A DNA stretch of 62,644 nt, filler included, from Asterionella formosa (lineage: Eukaryota): the NCBI GenBank assembly GCA_002256025.1. It is 5 parts of 5 records of this genome, joined end to end, with 100 filler letters (N's around TTAATTAATTAA, not from the genome) between each part and the next. Parts side by side here need not be neighbours in the genome. Positions count along the whole stretch, not along the records: positions 1 to 28,485 come from NKIB01001217.1; 4 more parts are not named here. One strand, written 5' to 3'. Every line of letters begins with the position of its first letter. Position 1 is the stretch's first letter. Position numbers and translations under genes: made by a program. Positions 12,985 through 25,800 of this stretch are shown here, one piece after another. Below the pieces are notes generated by a model. That model did not search any database and had not been told where the DNA came from. It saw only the letters and a list, made by a program, of their open reading frames with translations.

Positions 12985-14052
12985 CTATTCACAGACAAAC
13001 TCTTTGTTTGTTTTGAAGTGGTATTGGTCATGAATGACTTTCCAATCCATTGCAACAAAGAAGCATTTTTCTAGTGCTAGGGCACCCCCTGTTGTATAGA
13101 GGAGTTGCCCCCAGTATTGAGCAATGTGTTGCATTTCCTCTGCCAATGCATGTATATCGCCGTGATCCACTGCTAGCATTAATTCTGTGTCATCTACATA
13201 TGTTTCTGCAGCCCGTGTTATGATAAGAGAATTTCGCAGGTTGTAGAAAGTGATCCCTCTCGATTTGTCAGAAATTGCCCCCAGTAATATGCATGTTATT
13301 GCTAGCTAGCCATAAAGCTGAAGAAGCGCTAGACCCCTGCAGTGTTCCCAATTGTGAAGATTCAAGTAGCTCTCCTCAGAAACTCCAATTGTTGTTCTGA
13401 TGCGAAATGGCATTTTCTCTAAAGTGAGCAATAATGTCTGAACTGCAATTTTGCTAGCCCCAAGTCGGCGTAGTGCAATACCTCCCACTGATGGTACCAT
13501 GCGATCGAAGGCAGCCTTGCCATCATTATTGAAAATATCCCGATCTTCTTACAAATGCATATGCCGGCGTATGCGTTTCATCAGTATTGCATCCTGGGAA
13601 GATCGGTTGGGTCGAGAGCCCCATTGAAGTGGAGAAGCCAAGTGTTTGTCCTCTGCTCTGTGGATTAGTCTGCGTCCAAATATGATACGCAACATCATGT
13701 TCAGATCTGCCACGACCATCAACTGAATACTAACCCTAATTTTTTTCGAGGTGGGCTGTGCCTTTAAGAATTTCCAACATAACTTGGTGGGCATTCAACC
13801 ACCTATTGAGTGTAAAGATTAATTCAAAAGGAATGGACATCACAGTCGAGGAAACATGGTAGATAATGTCATCCTTGGAGATGAGGAAGTTTTTTCTGCA
13901 ACTGATTTGAATCCTTGTTTAAACTCATCAATGGTGATGAAAGATTTAATAGGCTCCTTACCATTTTCGCCTGGCGGATACCTCATTTCCTTGATACATC
14001 TCTTAATGGCTGAATTAACCTCATACTTTTTCAGGTCTATGGTACCCTCCAT
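12985..14052 (-). mobile_element. Non-LTR retrotransposon (LINE) reverse transcriptase remnant
   Basis: Fragmented motifs: SSP, QWGSRPNRS, NDGKAAFDRM, TYVDDTE (~13185-13205) and TTGGALALEKCFF. Confidence 0.85.
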
Positions 14053-14136
14053 ATGTTTGGGACTGTTGCTACTGCCACTGGACAGTAAATCATCATAGTT
14101 TCAGGATGGTATAATCGTATAATTGAAAACAAGATA

Positions 14137-14776
14137 CCGCATACTTCATTGTCCTGGACCCCCAATGTACACTGCCGTGACTGAATTTGACTGATTTTAC
14201 TTAAGGGGGGCCCAGGACAATGAAGAGATTTCCCTTATAATGGACCTAAGTAAATTTCTTTAGTTCTACATGATAGCGCACATTTTTCTAAGATGTATTA
14301 ATATGACAATTATTTCCGTCTTGTGAAAAATGAGAGAGTTCTTCACCTCGCAAGAAAAACGCGACTTCATGTTGTTATCGGCGATCTCAATTTTCGTTGT
14401 CATTATTAGTGTTATTACTTTACATCTTTTACGATTGTATTTTCCATGTCATTCTTAATACAGGTAGCAAAGTAGCAAAGCGTCGTTCTCTATTTTCGTG
14501 GAGATAATTCGTATTTTCGTCATGGTCAAGGTTGCGACAACATCATGAAGGATTCTCCAGCTGCTCACAGCCACTACCTGTCGTCTCTTGTGTTTTGTAT
14601 GCACAAAAGAATCGCAAAATGGTAGCTAAATAATTATATACCAGTGCCTACGAGGACAAAAAGAATTATGGCACGTTACTTTGTCTATGACAAGAAAATT
14701 ATTGGGTGTTTGGTTCCACCTCGAGAAAAATGTACAGGGAGGGGGTCCGGGGGGTCCAGGACAACGAAGTATACAG
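14137..14776. mobile_element. MITE/non-autonomous Tc1-mariner/pogo-type element with TA target-site duplication
   Basis: TIRs CCGCATACTTCATTGTCCTGGACCCC ... GGGGTCCAGGACAACGAAGTATACAG, with TA on both sides. An empty site is present in the paralogous sequence at ~59850. Confidence 0.85.
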
Positions 14777-16499
14777 TATGCTATTTCTCAAACTTGGTTC
14801 TGATTTTGTATATGATAATGTAAATAGCACTGTTGGTTTTATGGTATCATATCTAGACAGCATAAAATATTATATGTAGTGGCTGATGATTCATTTCATT
14901 GTAGCTAGCAACACCTGATTTTAAGATCATCAAACTTTAAGGAAGACAACAACAACAGTCATCTAGTAGTACAATGTCTTCAAAAAACCATAAAAAGGTT
15001 CATGGAACAAACAAGCGACATGTGGCAAATTCTGCTGGTATGGAACAAAGAAGCAAGTACCAAAATAAGTTAACAAAGAAAAAGCGAATTGGTGATTATC
15101 CGAACAAGGAACCCAATTGTCGATGGGGACACCATCAGCTACTAGTACAAAGGATCCCGTAATTGATACTGAAAGCGATGATGACGTTTATTTTTCAGAT
15201 GTTGATACAAGAAAAATGGCTCCTGTCGATGATACCATTAATAACTCCCCGATGCAGATGGACGACATGGTACCATATCATAAATTTTCTAATCGCACGG
15301 ACCAACAGGTACATGACAAAATGAGGGAAAAACATTTTGCACTTGCCAAAGGATAATATCATTTGGTCAATGAACTCAATCATTACAAAGGTCGTTATTG
15401 TAACAAAGGTTAGGTTGTGAGTTTAATTTTCAAGACCAAGAAGTTTTGCTGTGAACATGTAAGTTTGAGGTTATAGTTCGTGAATTGCAGGTAAAATTGA
15501 ACCATCAACTGTAACAAAGGTTGTGAGTTTTATTTTCAAGACCAAGAAGTTTTGCTGTGAACATGTAAGTTTGATGTTATAGTTCGTGAATTGCAGGTAC
15601 TGTGAAACAGAATATCAATCAAATGTGCTTTTTTCTGGCTGGTGGTCCCAAAAAAGAATCAAACATCCCACCATGCCTATCTGGTCCAAGTAGTATGAAA
15701 GGCATTTCCAATCACAAACAGGATTGGTTTGCCCAATGTTGCCTAACTCGGCTATACACAGTGAAACCGGAGTTAGGCAAAGAAGTGGAGAGTGACCCAG
15801 AGCTTACCGATTTCATATGGAATGGTTCTGATGCACTACTTCTGATGAATCAGACCATTGAACGTACCAACAATGCACGTTTAGATTATATTCAATCAAC
15901 ATTTGGTGGCATGTGCATAAAAAAGTTGAGAGAATGTCAGAATGTATTGAATAATCAATTTAAAGGAATCTTAGGTAAGTTCTTGCAGGGAGATGCTCTG
16001 CCCGAAAGCATGATGTTTTGAGTCGGTTATTATATTCTTATCAAATATGTTTGAAATAAAATGGCTAACATAATTCATGACACACCAGCTGGTCTAACAG
16101 AATATAACTTCCAGACTTGCTGCTAAAAGGAAAATTCCGACTGCAACAAAAATATTTGTGTTTCAATCCAGATACTCATGAAATTTCAGAGAAGCAACGA
16201 TATTCGTCATTCTACTGTTTTCGTCAACATTGGTGGGAAACCACTTATCAAATCATATCATAGATAGTAGGAAAACATTGATGATGCTCTATACTACTAG
16301 TAGTGGTGCCTGTACTGTATGTAGCGGTATACCTCCATTTTTACTACTATGGTGGAGTGATAATTTCACGACTCTGTATTGTCCAGCACAGCATGATCCG
16401 AATGATGCTAAATTTATTATTATTGATTTATTTTCATTCTAACCATTTCATATCCTAACTTTGTTATCATTTGAAATTTGCAATGTCTTCTTTGCGGAC

Positions 16500-18830
16500 A
16501 TTGCAATGGTGTTATCTGTGTAACTACAAATTTCGGAAGAACAAATATCCATCTGAGTGGTCTCACAATCGAAATTGTAGCAACAGTGTTTTTGAGGACA
16601 TGGTCACTGTCAACATTGCATGCAAGAACAACGAGTTCCTGGAATACATAGTGAAACTATGTATTGCGGTAGTGCATCGAATCGTTCAAGGAAAGAAGTT
16701 AATGATGGCAGTGTAACTGCTGCAGCATTTAGGGAGAGTAGACAAGAAGAAGAGATTATGTGTCCTTTTCTTGAATCAAGTGACCATAATCATCCATTTC
16801 ATGACGACAGCGACGAGTCAGTATATAACAATATTCAGTCACAACAAGACGAACAATTGAGGCTTAACACTCTCCTAGGATTGAATTCAGAAACCATGAT
16901 GCAATATTCAGATTTTCAATATCACACCGGCTTTCACCCTGAAAATGCATTGGATATGCCCCTTCCTCCTCAATTTCAATTTCCAAGTAAACATTTCCTA
17001 AACATCCATGTATTCCTTAACGAGAATTGCCTTCCACCAGTTTACTTTGATTATCTAATGAATACAATTATCGGACTATCCCTGAAGAATGGACATGTTT
17101 TTTTAAGAAAGAAAATCTCCAGATGTTCCAGAGATCATCTCCGATCATAAACGTATCACTGAAACAACAGAATCTGCTTTTCTTGATCAAGAGCAACCGA
17201 AGAAACGGGCAAAGACCAAAAAGAAGCGACACACGCACCAGTTATCAAAAATGTCTACTCTACACTGGCAAAAATCAAGACCCAACACTTGTAACAGTAC
17301 CAGAAATGTAGTTTTTTTCGAAAATATACTTCGAACAAAGTGGCTGCTAGATATATCAATAGTCATTTGGAAAGGCAAAGCGATCGTGATATTCCAAAAT
17401 TGTCATACAGATCTGGGATGACAGCTTTGTCAAAAATGTCAGGGCAAGAAATTCCCGGATTATGTCTGTGAACTTTTTTTTCATTTGGTGGAATGATGGG
17501 TCCAGAGAAGATGCACCTAGAAAAGGATTTCACATTGCTATTAAGGTTATGTATATCTATCAATGACACTTTATTCATACAGCAGTATACATCAACATGT
17601 ATTGATATTTTAGAGGAAAGGGTTAAGAGATTTATGTTAGTTACTAAGATTATGATTGGTCCCCAACGGGAAATAATATCTCAAATTGGCTTCTTACAAA
17701 TGGCAAAATTTCATGGATTGATACATTACCCTCATCTGATTAGGGAGTTCGGATCGCCTGCCTTTTAATTTCTTTGGTGGATAATTGGAGTCTTTTTTGA
17801 AAGACAAATTGAAACGAGTGACCCAGTAAGCGTGTCTATGGACAATTACATCGATTAAAGCATGACATTTTAACAAGGTCATATGAAACAAGGCAGTTTG
17901 CCTTGGCACGAAGAATTGTTTTTCCAAGTGATTCATTACATACAGAAAAGGATGTTGCCTAGTACTAGTACCTCGCCTGATAAAAATTTGGGAATATCGC
18001 CTACCAAGATCCATGCACCATCCCTTCCTGTTAAATTTCAAATCTCTGCTTCATTATCAAATGGTCTATGGAATTTAGCAGGTGTCCCTAATAAGATTGG
18101 GCATGTATCACGGAGTAAGGATGCACCCTTGTCTCAATTGGTTCATCCTGATATACCGAAGGGGGCCAACTACGGTAAGAGCATTGCGAATTCAGCAATA
18201 GAAATAGCAAGAATTAAAAGTCTTGAAGATGGGGTTGGGCCTGTTTCCATTGTAATGATTGACTTTCATTATCATGTTAAAATTGAAAGTAACCTTCCCG
18301 GCCAAACTACTATTTTCAGATGCCATCCGAAATGGAATAGTGATTCAAATGCAGGAATCTCTGGTGGTCATGAATGGTTTGACTGGGTTGAAGTGAACTG
18401 GGAGAAAGTAGATCATGGATCAAGATCATACACAGTTCCAGCAAAACTAATTCTTTAGGGAAATGTTATTTTACTCCAACACAACAACCATTATCTTAGC
18501 GTGTATTCGTTCCTTGAAAAGTTCAACTGAAATAAAAATTCATAAACGTATTTTTTTTACAAGAGGGGACACGCACCTTATGCAATGATACAACTGAATT
18601 GAGCGTTGCTTGTTGTTTTTTATAACATGCTTTTGGCAGCATTTGTTGTATTTGCTTTGAAACCACCGAAATCAAGGAAATCTCTGAAACCGCAAGAAGT
18701 TCTGGAACAGATAGAGAAAGATAATTTTTATAGGGCCATGCCTCCACGTCGCTCATTTATGGAAATCATTCGTGTGGGACCAAAAACTAACAAGCGAACG
18801 TTAATAAAGATACAAGAATAATATAAATGG
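16500..18830 (+). pseudogene. Plavaka-like transposase, disrupted
   Basis: KFHGLIHYPHLIREFGSP..F.GG.LESFLKDKLK, IFRCHPKW and WFDWVEVNW...VPAKLIL; stops and frameshifts. Confidence 0.7.
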
Positions 18831-18989
18831 TAATGATAATATAATTTCACATACTAGTTAAGCTATTAAGGAGGCTTTCACAAACTACAATGTCCTATCA
18901 AATGATGACATTGGATGATCCCAATGGTCCATTATTTCTTCTTTTTCACTCCCAAAGAACCTAAGATGGTCCTTCTCGTTTCGTCCGAA

Positions 18990-21060
18990 ATTTTTGTTCT
19001 CAAATTTTCAACTGCAGATCGATATGAGCGAGTCTTTAAACTTATTCAATTTGATTCCAGAAGGGCTTTGATCAGATACAAAATTTTCTTTCAACATTTT
19101 GTCAAATTTTATGCATCCAGAAATGTGGCCAAGATAGGCATAATTTTTCCATTTGAAGGGAGCAACTATTTCATTCCTTTGTTGGATCATGGATTTTACG
19201 TAGACAACATCATCCTTCTTGAAAGAAGAACTGCAAGGAACTCGTTCAAATACTTCGTTCAAATACTTCGTTCAACATTTTTAAATCTAAATAGTAGGTC
19301 AGATTTTTGTCGATACAAAATTGAAGTACAGTTAATTCCAACTGAAACATATCCTCACGAGAATTTGTTGTTGTCACTTGAGGCCATACTGTTCCAAGAT
19401 GAAAGTATGTTGACTTGGTCGGTGGGTCAAATGTAACAGATAACAAATTGTCTGTTCGATCTGTTGCTACCACCTGACGTTTTAAAGCTTTCCAGCACTC
19501 AGTCTCCAAACGGAAATGTGCCCGCCGTTTGCCAAGAAATTTGGTTTTGCCATTCCTTTCTAATCGCAATAGAGTTTCCAATACTTTCAAAATTGTAAAT
19601 GGTCCACATGACCATTCACTATCATCTTCTGGTTGAAATAACATGGAATCATGTTCAGTGGCCATAATGATCTGCAATGGTGCCGTGCTTTGGTGCCAGT
19701 ATAGAAAGATTCCGATAAACCAATTTCTTCAGATATATGGGATTCTTGTGGAAGATATCCTGTATCGGTGCATAACAATGATTCCAATTATTTGGTGCAT
19801 CCAGGGATGATGCAGTACTTACAGGCAAGGTGAAATACTTAATCATAATGTTCATCCAAACTTGCATCTTTTCCTGGATCACGGACTTGACATAATCCAT
19901 CATTTATAGCAAAAAGATAATGCACAAAATTGTTGTTTTCCTCCTCATCTGATCTTTTTCAATACACAATTAGCACATAGTTACTGTCATGATGAAGTGG
20001 ATGACAATCACCTTGGTATATATACGGTTTGTTATTTATTACCCCTTTTTCTGGATTCTTATCCAGATCAATTATAACCTTTACATCAGTTGGATGAAGT
20101 TCATGAATTATATAATGGATCATAGAGGTAATTGTTTCAAGGTCCCAATGTGCAAGATCTTTAAAGTTGTCCATTCAATTTCGGTAAACTTAAGGAAAAT
20201 GCCGTTTGCTTTGGCATAATAAGCAACTCTACACATTTCACATGCCGACTCTTCACAAAAGTAGCTAGCTGCCTTCGGTATTGTTTTCGATGAATTTACA
20301 AAGAAATCCTAATCTTTTTCTTCCCTGTATGATCAGGAAAAAGATTCAATTTTGTGCTTCAAACTTCGTTCCTGACTCAGTGCATCAACTGCCTTAGCCA
20401 GCATGGTCATCACATCTCTTTCTGTATTGAATTCGAGCTCTTGATCAGCCAAGCGCAGACTTTTTCTTGAATATCTTTTCTTTTATAAATGCAATAGTTT
20501 CTCTGCTTTCATGATGGTCATCTTGATGTTCTGGACGAATAGTGAGACATATTTCTTGGTTTTGCAACTTTTCAACCATTTCTACTTCAGAAGTTATGTC
20601 TCCCACATTTCCGCCGGGTTTTTCATTGATCGCATGAATTTGTTCATCAAATGAATGAGAATCACTGGGTTCTTCTTCATTATCAGCGATTTCGGGAGAC
20701 TGAGCAAAATACGACACTGGATGGTGGAACTGCGACTCTGTAGGAATAGAATCTTCATCTGCGAAGAACAAATGTTTGGGTTTCCTTGGCTCTTCGAAAA
20801 CAATCTTTCCTTCTTTTCAATCTCTGCCAATATTGTATCGGCATACTTCATTATTTTTTCTGGAGTATTACAAATCTTTTCAAATTCATCTGATCTTTGA
20901 GTGTATTCAAAGGAATCTTCGATTGATTTCATAACTTTCTTCATCTTTTTTCTCAAAACATAAAATCGTGTAGTGTAAACGATGGAAGTAAGTCATGTTT
21001 CTTGTTTGACTGATCCTTTCCATGAAATCCATTAAAACCATGAAATGCCATTTGGAAAGT
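18990..21060 (-). pseudogene. TE-borne ORF with Ulp1/C48-like protease remnant
   Basis: Fragments YFTLPV...NNWNHCYA..QDI and FQPEDDSEWSCGPF match the His and Gln-x-Cys motifs of Ulp1-like peptidases. The N-terminal part is duplicated at 34080-35200. Confidence 0.55.
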
Positions 21061-22833
21061 TGTCAAAAGGCCAGAAGACTATGATGTAAAACAGTTGAAG
21101 GGAAACGCGGAGCTTTCGTGGCGCTTGTTGAGGTGCAACTGGTGTGATGGCAACTGAGTGTAGTATTTGTTGAACAGAGCACAGTGTAACATGCATGTTG
21201 CGCCAGCATAGTGTTTACACAATACATATGCCAGTATATATAGGTTGATGATACAGATACTGGGCGGGTTTTCAATGAGCAAACAACAATGAAGAGAGCC
21301 ACTTGTCACTCTATTGATGGTAACAAAGATGTGGATACGTTCAACAGTGAATACAAGTACAGCATCCCAAATGTGGAAACAAGCAATATGAAAAAGAAAT
21401 TGTAATCAGAATCATTCTATAACTATAACTATATGAACAGCAGTCTGTTACATTTTCGTATCGCCTTCTATGCTGAATCTCAATAGTAGATGTAGTATCA
21501 TCATGTGAGAATTGAAAATGTCAACAAGAACAAGTAGAATGTGTTCATTTATGAGTTGATTGGCAAGATTGTAATGCTGGTGGTTGACCAAATGGATTTA
21601 CTATGTGCACTGTGTGCGGAACCATTCCGAGTTTGAATGATATCTTCTCTGTAAACTCTTAATTGAATGATTATGAACATAGGTTCACTGTACATGACGA
21701 TTACTCAAAGATATAATGATCACTCCACCAAAAATTGAACATGTTTTCGCAAACAATCATTCCACTTGTCATTGGTAGTATTTTGTTATTGTTGCAAAAA
21801 TAGGCGTCAGGACTGATGAAGATGATGAGCCAAGGTAAATTACTTTAGCTGGTACATTATCCTACCAAGAAATTTAAATACAGGAACCTAATGGAAAAAA
21901 TATAGTCAAAGGGGCGGTTTTTGTTTAAAAAGGAGTGCATTTATCAAAATTATTAGATGATATAACGAAAAATTATGATCAGATGATCATAATCCTATGA
22001 TCATGCATCATAGGAATATGATGGTTTTCATTTGCAGATTTGATGCTGTGGCCAATGGAATCTCAATGATCTGACCATTGGACATGAAAGCTGGAGGAAC
22101 ATCATGATAGTGGAAGGTGCGGCATGATGAATATATGTTTTTAGTGAAATCAAAAACACATATCCAGTTCTGGTTTGCCACCTTGTCCACAACATGCAAT
22201 CTACCATCCTGGTTCCACTCCCAACCCAACATTTTTGTATATTCCTATCAGCAGCCATTTTTCATCCTCCACCAGTGCCCCAACAACAAATGTGCTACTC
22301 CCACGCTACTCCTCCTGCTCCTCCTCATCATGGATACTATCACCTGCTGCCTCTGGCCAGCAGTCAACCAGCACCAGCCAACTCCAACTGCATCCTCAGC
22401 ACCCACCCACCCTTCCACCACAACAAGCAGCATTTATGATTACCCAAGCTCCTCCTCTGAATTGAAAAATTCATTTTCTGCCTGTAGTAATGTGACAGAA
22501 AGAAAAAAGAGATTCAATTTCTGTGACCTTGAACAAGGTAAACCTTTTTTTTGTTCATGATTTTCTCATCCAATCTAGATTCCTTTTCTCTTTTTTCTCT
22601 CTCTCCCTACTTCAATAATCATCTTGTTGCTTACCTTTGTTGTTGATGAATCATATTTGGGCTAGAAAGAATGATGCACAATTTTCGACATTTGATAAAT
22701 TGAAAAAACCAATATTAACTGTTATTCTGGCTGTTATGCTAAAATCATCATTGTATTACCAAAAATTTGAATGTGCCCCATATTGCCAATAAATAAAAGT
22801 TAGTTAAGAACTTACTTAGAAATACCCAAATGG

Positions 22834-25800
22834 CTAGAAAATAATTTGAGCAGGTTTTGCTGTAGTAATTGCCACACTGAAGGAGTCATTCACAGCCAAG
22901 TTGCTAAGTGCTGCACAACCATAGCGCTGCATGTCAGCATTTGATGAATGAATCTTCATCGCATCCAGAATTGTAGTGATACCCCCTGCTGCAGTAATTG
23001 CCTCACTGAAGTAGTCATTCACAGCCAAGTTGCTAAGTGCTGCACAACCATAGTGCTGCACATCAGCATTTGATGAATGAATCTTCATCGCATCCAGAAT
23101 CGAAGTGATACCTCCTGCTGCAACAATTGACACCTTGTTGTTGTCATTCAAAGTTAAGTTCCAAAGTGCTGCACAGCCATTACATTGCACATCAGCATTG
23201 GATGGATGAGTGTTCATGGCAGACAGAATCATCATGATACCTTTTTTGTAAACAATCTTCTCCTTGTTGTTTTCATTCTCAGCCAACTTCTGAAGTGCTG
23301 CACAACCATAGTGTTGCACCAAAGCATTCTTTGGATGTTCTTTCATTGCAGACAGAATTGTAGTGATACCTCCTGCATCAGCAATCAACACCTTGTAGTT
23401 GTCATCCACAGACAAGTTCTGAAGCGCTGCACAACCATAGTGTTGAACAGAAGCATTGTTTGAAGGATTCTTCATAGCAGACAGAATGATAGCGATATCT
23501 TCTTCAGCAATCATCACCTGGTTGTTGTAATTCCCAGCCAAGTTTGCTATCTCCATGAGATTTTTTTCTTGGATGTCAGCATTCTGCTCATTCCTTTGCA
23601 TCTCTGAAAGAAGTTCAGCAATTCGAGACAAAATAGAAGTTGCAGTAGGCCCTCTTGTTGCAGCAATAGTCACATTGATGTTGTCATTCACAGCCAAGTT
23701 CTGCGGCTCTGGAGCTGCTATCTTTATTGACCCACCTATGGAAATGGGCTCATAGCAATTGCCACTGCTTGGAGTTGGGGAAGAAGGATGCGCTGCATTT
23801 GTTGTTGATGTTGAGATTGGCTGAACAGTGTTGCTTTCTGTTGGTTGGCGGTTCTTGTTGTCATTATTCAAAATCAAGTTGTGAAGCTTTACAAGACCAT
23901 TTTGTACAGTAGCATTGGTTGAATGAATCTTCAATGCAGACAGAATTGTAGTGATACCCCCTGCTGCAGTAATTGCCTCACTGAAGTAGTCATTCACAGC
24001 CAAGTTGCTAAGTGCTGCACAACCATAGTGCTGCACATCAGCATTTGATGAATGAATCTTCATCGCATCCAGAATCGAAGTGATACCTCCTGCTGCAACA
24101 ATTGACACCTTGTTGTTGTCATTCAAAGTTAAGTTCCAAAGTGCTGCACAGCCATTACATTGCACATCAGCATTGGATGGATGAGTGTTCATGGCAGACA
24201 GAATCATCATGATACCTTTTTTGTAAACAATCTTCTCCTTGTTGTTTTCATTCTCAGCCAACTTCTGAAGTGCTGCACAACCATAGTGTTGCACCAAAGC
24301 ATTCTTTGGATGTTCTTTCATTGCAGACAGAATTGTAGTGATACCTCCTGCATCAGCAATCAACACCTTGTAGTTGTCATCCACAGACAAGTTCTGAAGC
24401 GCTGCACAACCATAGTGTTGAACAGAAGCATTGTTTGAAGGATTCTTCATAGCAGACAGAATGATAGCGATATCTTCTTCAGCAATCATCACCTGGTTGT
24501 TGTAATTCCCAGCCAAGTTTGCTATCTCCATGAGATTTTTTTCTTGGATGTCAGCATTCTGCTCATTCCTTTGCATCTCTGAAAGAAGTTCAGCAATTCG
24601 AGACAAAATAGAAGTAGCAGTAGGCCCTTGATATATGGATGCTTTGGGACTTCCACCACCAACATCAGGATATGTTTGACTCACAAGTCGACCCAATTCT
24701 TTAACCAATTCTCTAGTCTTTGGTCTCTTCGTGCGATTGTTCTGAATGCAATGAATGGCTAATGTACACACCGAGGACAGAATTCCATCTTCCCATTCCT
24801 CTGCACAAGGATCAACATCCTCCACCAATTTTGGAATTGCCAACTTCAATGCCTCTGCTGGAGTTCCTTCAAAATCGATTGGGAAGTAGCGTTTAAAGAA
24901 ATCTCCCAACTTCACACTATCATTTTGGAGGCAGCCTGTCACAAGCTCAATCATGACAATACCAAATGAGTAAACATCACATGATGCTTCATATTCGTTA
25001 CCCCTGGAATGATTTGGACATATGTAGCCCGGTGTCCCATGTACTCCATCACCTGCTGTGTAACAAACTGAAGAAGGAATTGGATTGGTTTTTACTGAGC
25101 TACCCTTACGCACAAACTTGGCTAGGCCACAATCAACCAGCTTGGCAGTATAGTTCTGATCAAGGCAGATATTAGATGACTTGATGTCACGATGAAACAG
25201 AGTGTGGCCGTCCATTTTTGTAGTATGAAGGAAGTGGATGGCAGAAATAATTTCGTTCATGATTTTAAGTCGGATCTTACTTGAGAGACTTGATCTTTTT
25301 TGTTCACTCTTATAGAATGTATCAAGTGACCCATTGGATAATAACTCATACACCAGGTATTGATCAGATACCACGTGTTGATCAGATAAAACAAGGGACA
25401 AATGATAGCCATACAAAGTTACAATATTGGGGTGTCGGAACAACTTTAATACCTGAAACAGTAAGATAGAAGAATGAGAAACATAAAGACTTGAAACAAC
25501 AGGCAATAGATGATACTACGGATGAGCTTACCTCCAATTCTATTTTAAAAGTCTCTCTTTTGAAAGTCTTCCTAATTCCTTTTTTCTGATCTTCCAAAGA
25601 AAATAAATTGAAACGAACACATTTCACAGCAAAATACCGATTGTCATCCTCGCCTTTGTAGACAGCACCAAAAGCTCCTTGACCAAGTTTCAAGGCATCA
25701 TCAAAGTTGTTTGTACAATTATTAATGAATTCAACAGGAAGCTCGATTGGTCTTGAATTCACATTGTCCATAGCTTCCTTCATTTTCGATCGACCAATGG

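Larger units (their letters stand above)
14053..21700. mobile_element. Large decayed Plavaka-like DNA transposon, copy 1
   Basis: Carries a transposase remnant (+) and a convergent Ulp1-like remnant (-). Segments recur at 33940-37075 and 59655-60735. True ends not determined. Confidence 0.7.

Noticed and set aside
22008..22560. Overlapping short ORFs with Pro/His/Gln bias
   Set aside because: Low-complexity CCA/CAA-rich DNA with no family motif; likely TE or intergenic.
25382..25531. Hydrophobic C-terminus of the 573-aa ORF suggesting a TM receptor
   Set aside because: It is intron read-through. After splicing the protein continues into the kinase without a TM segment.
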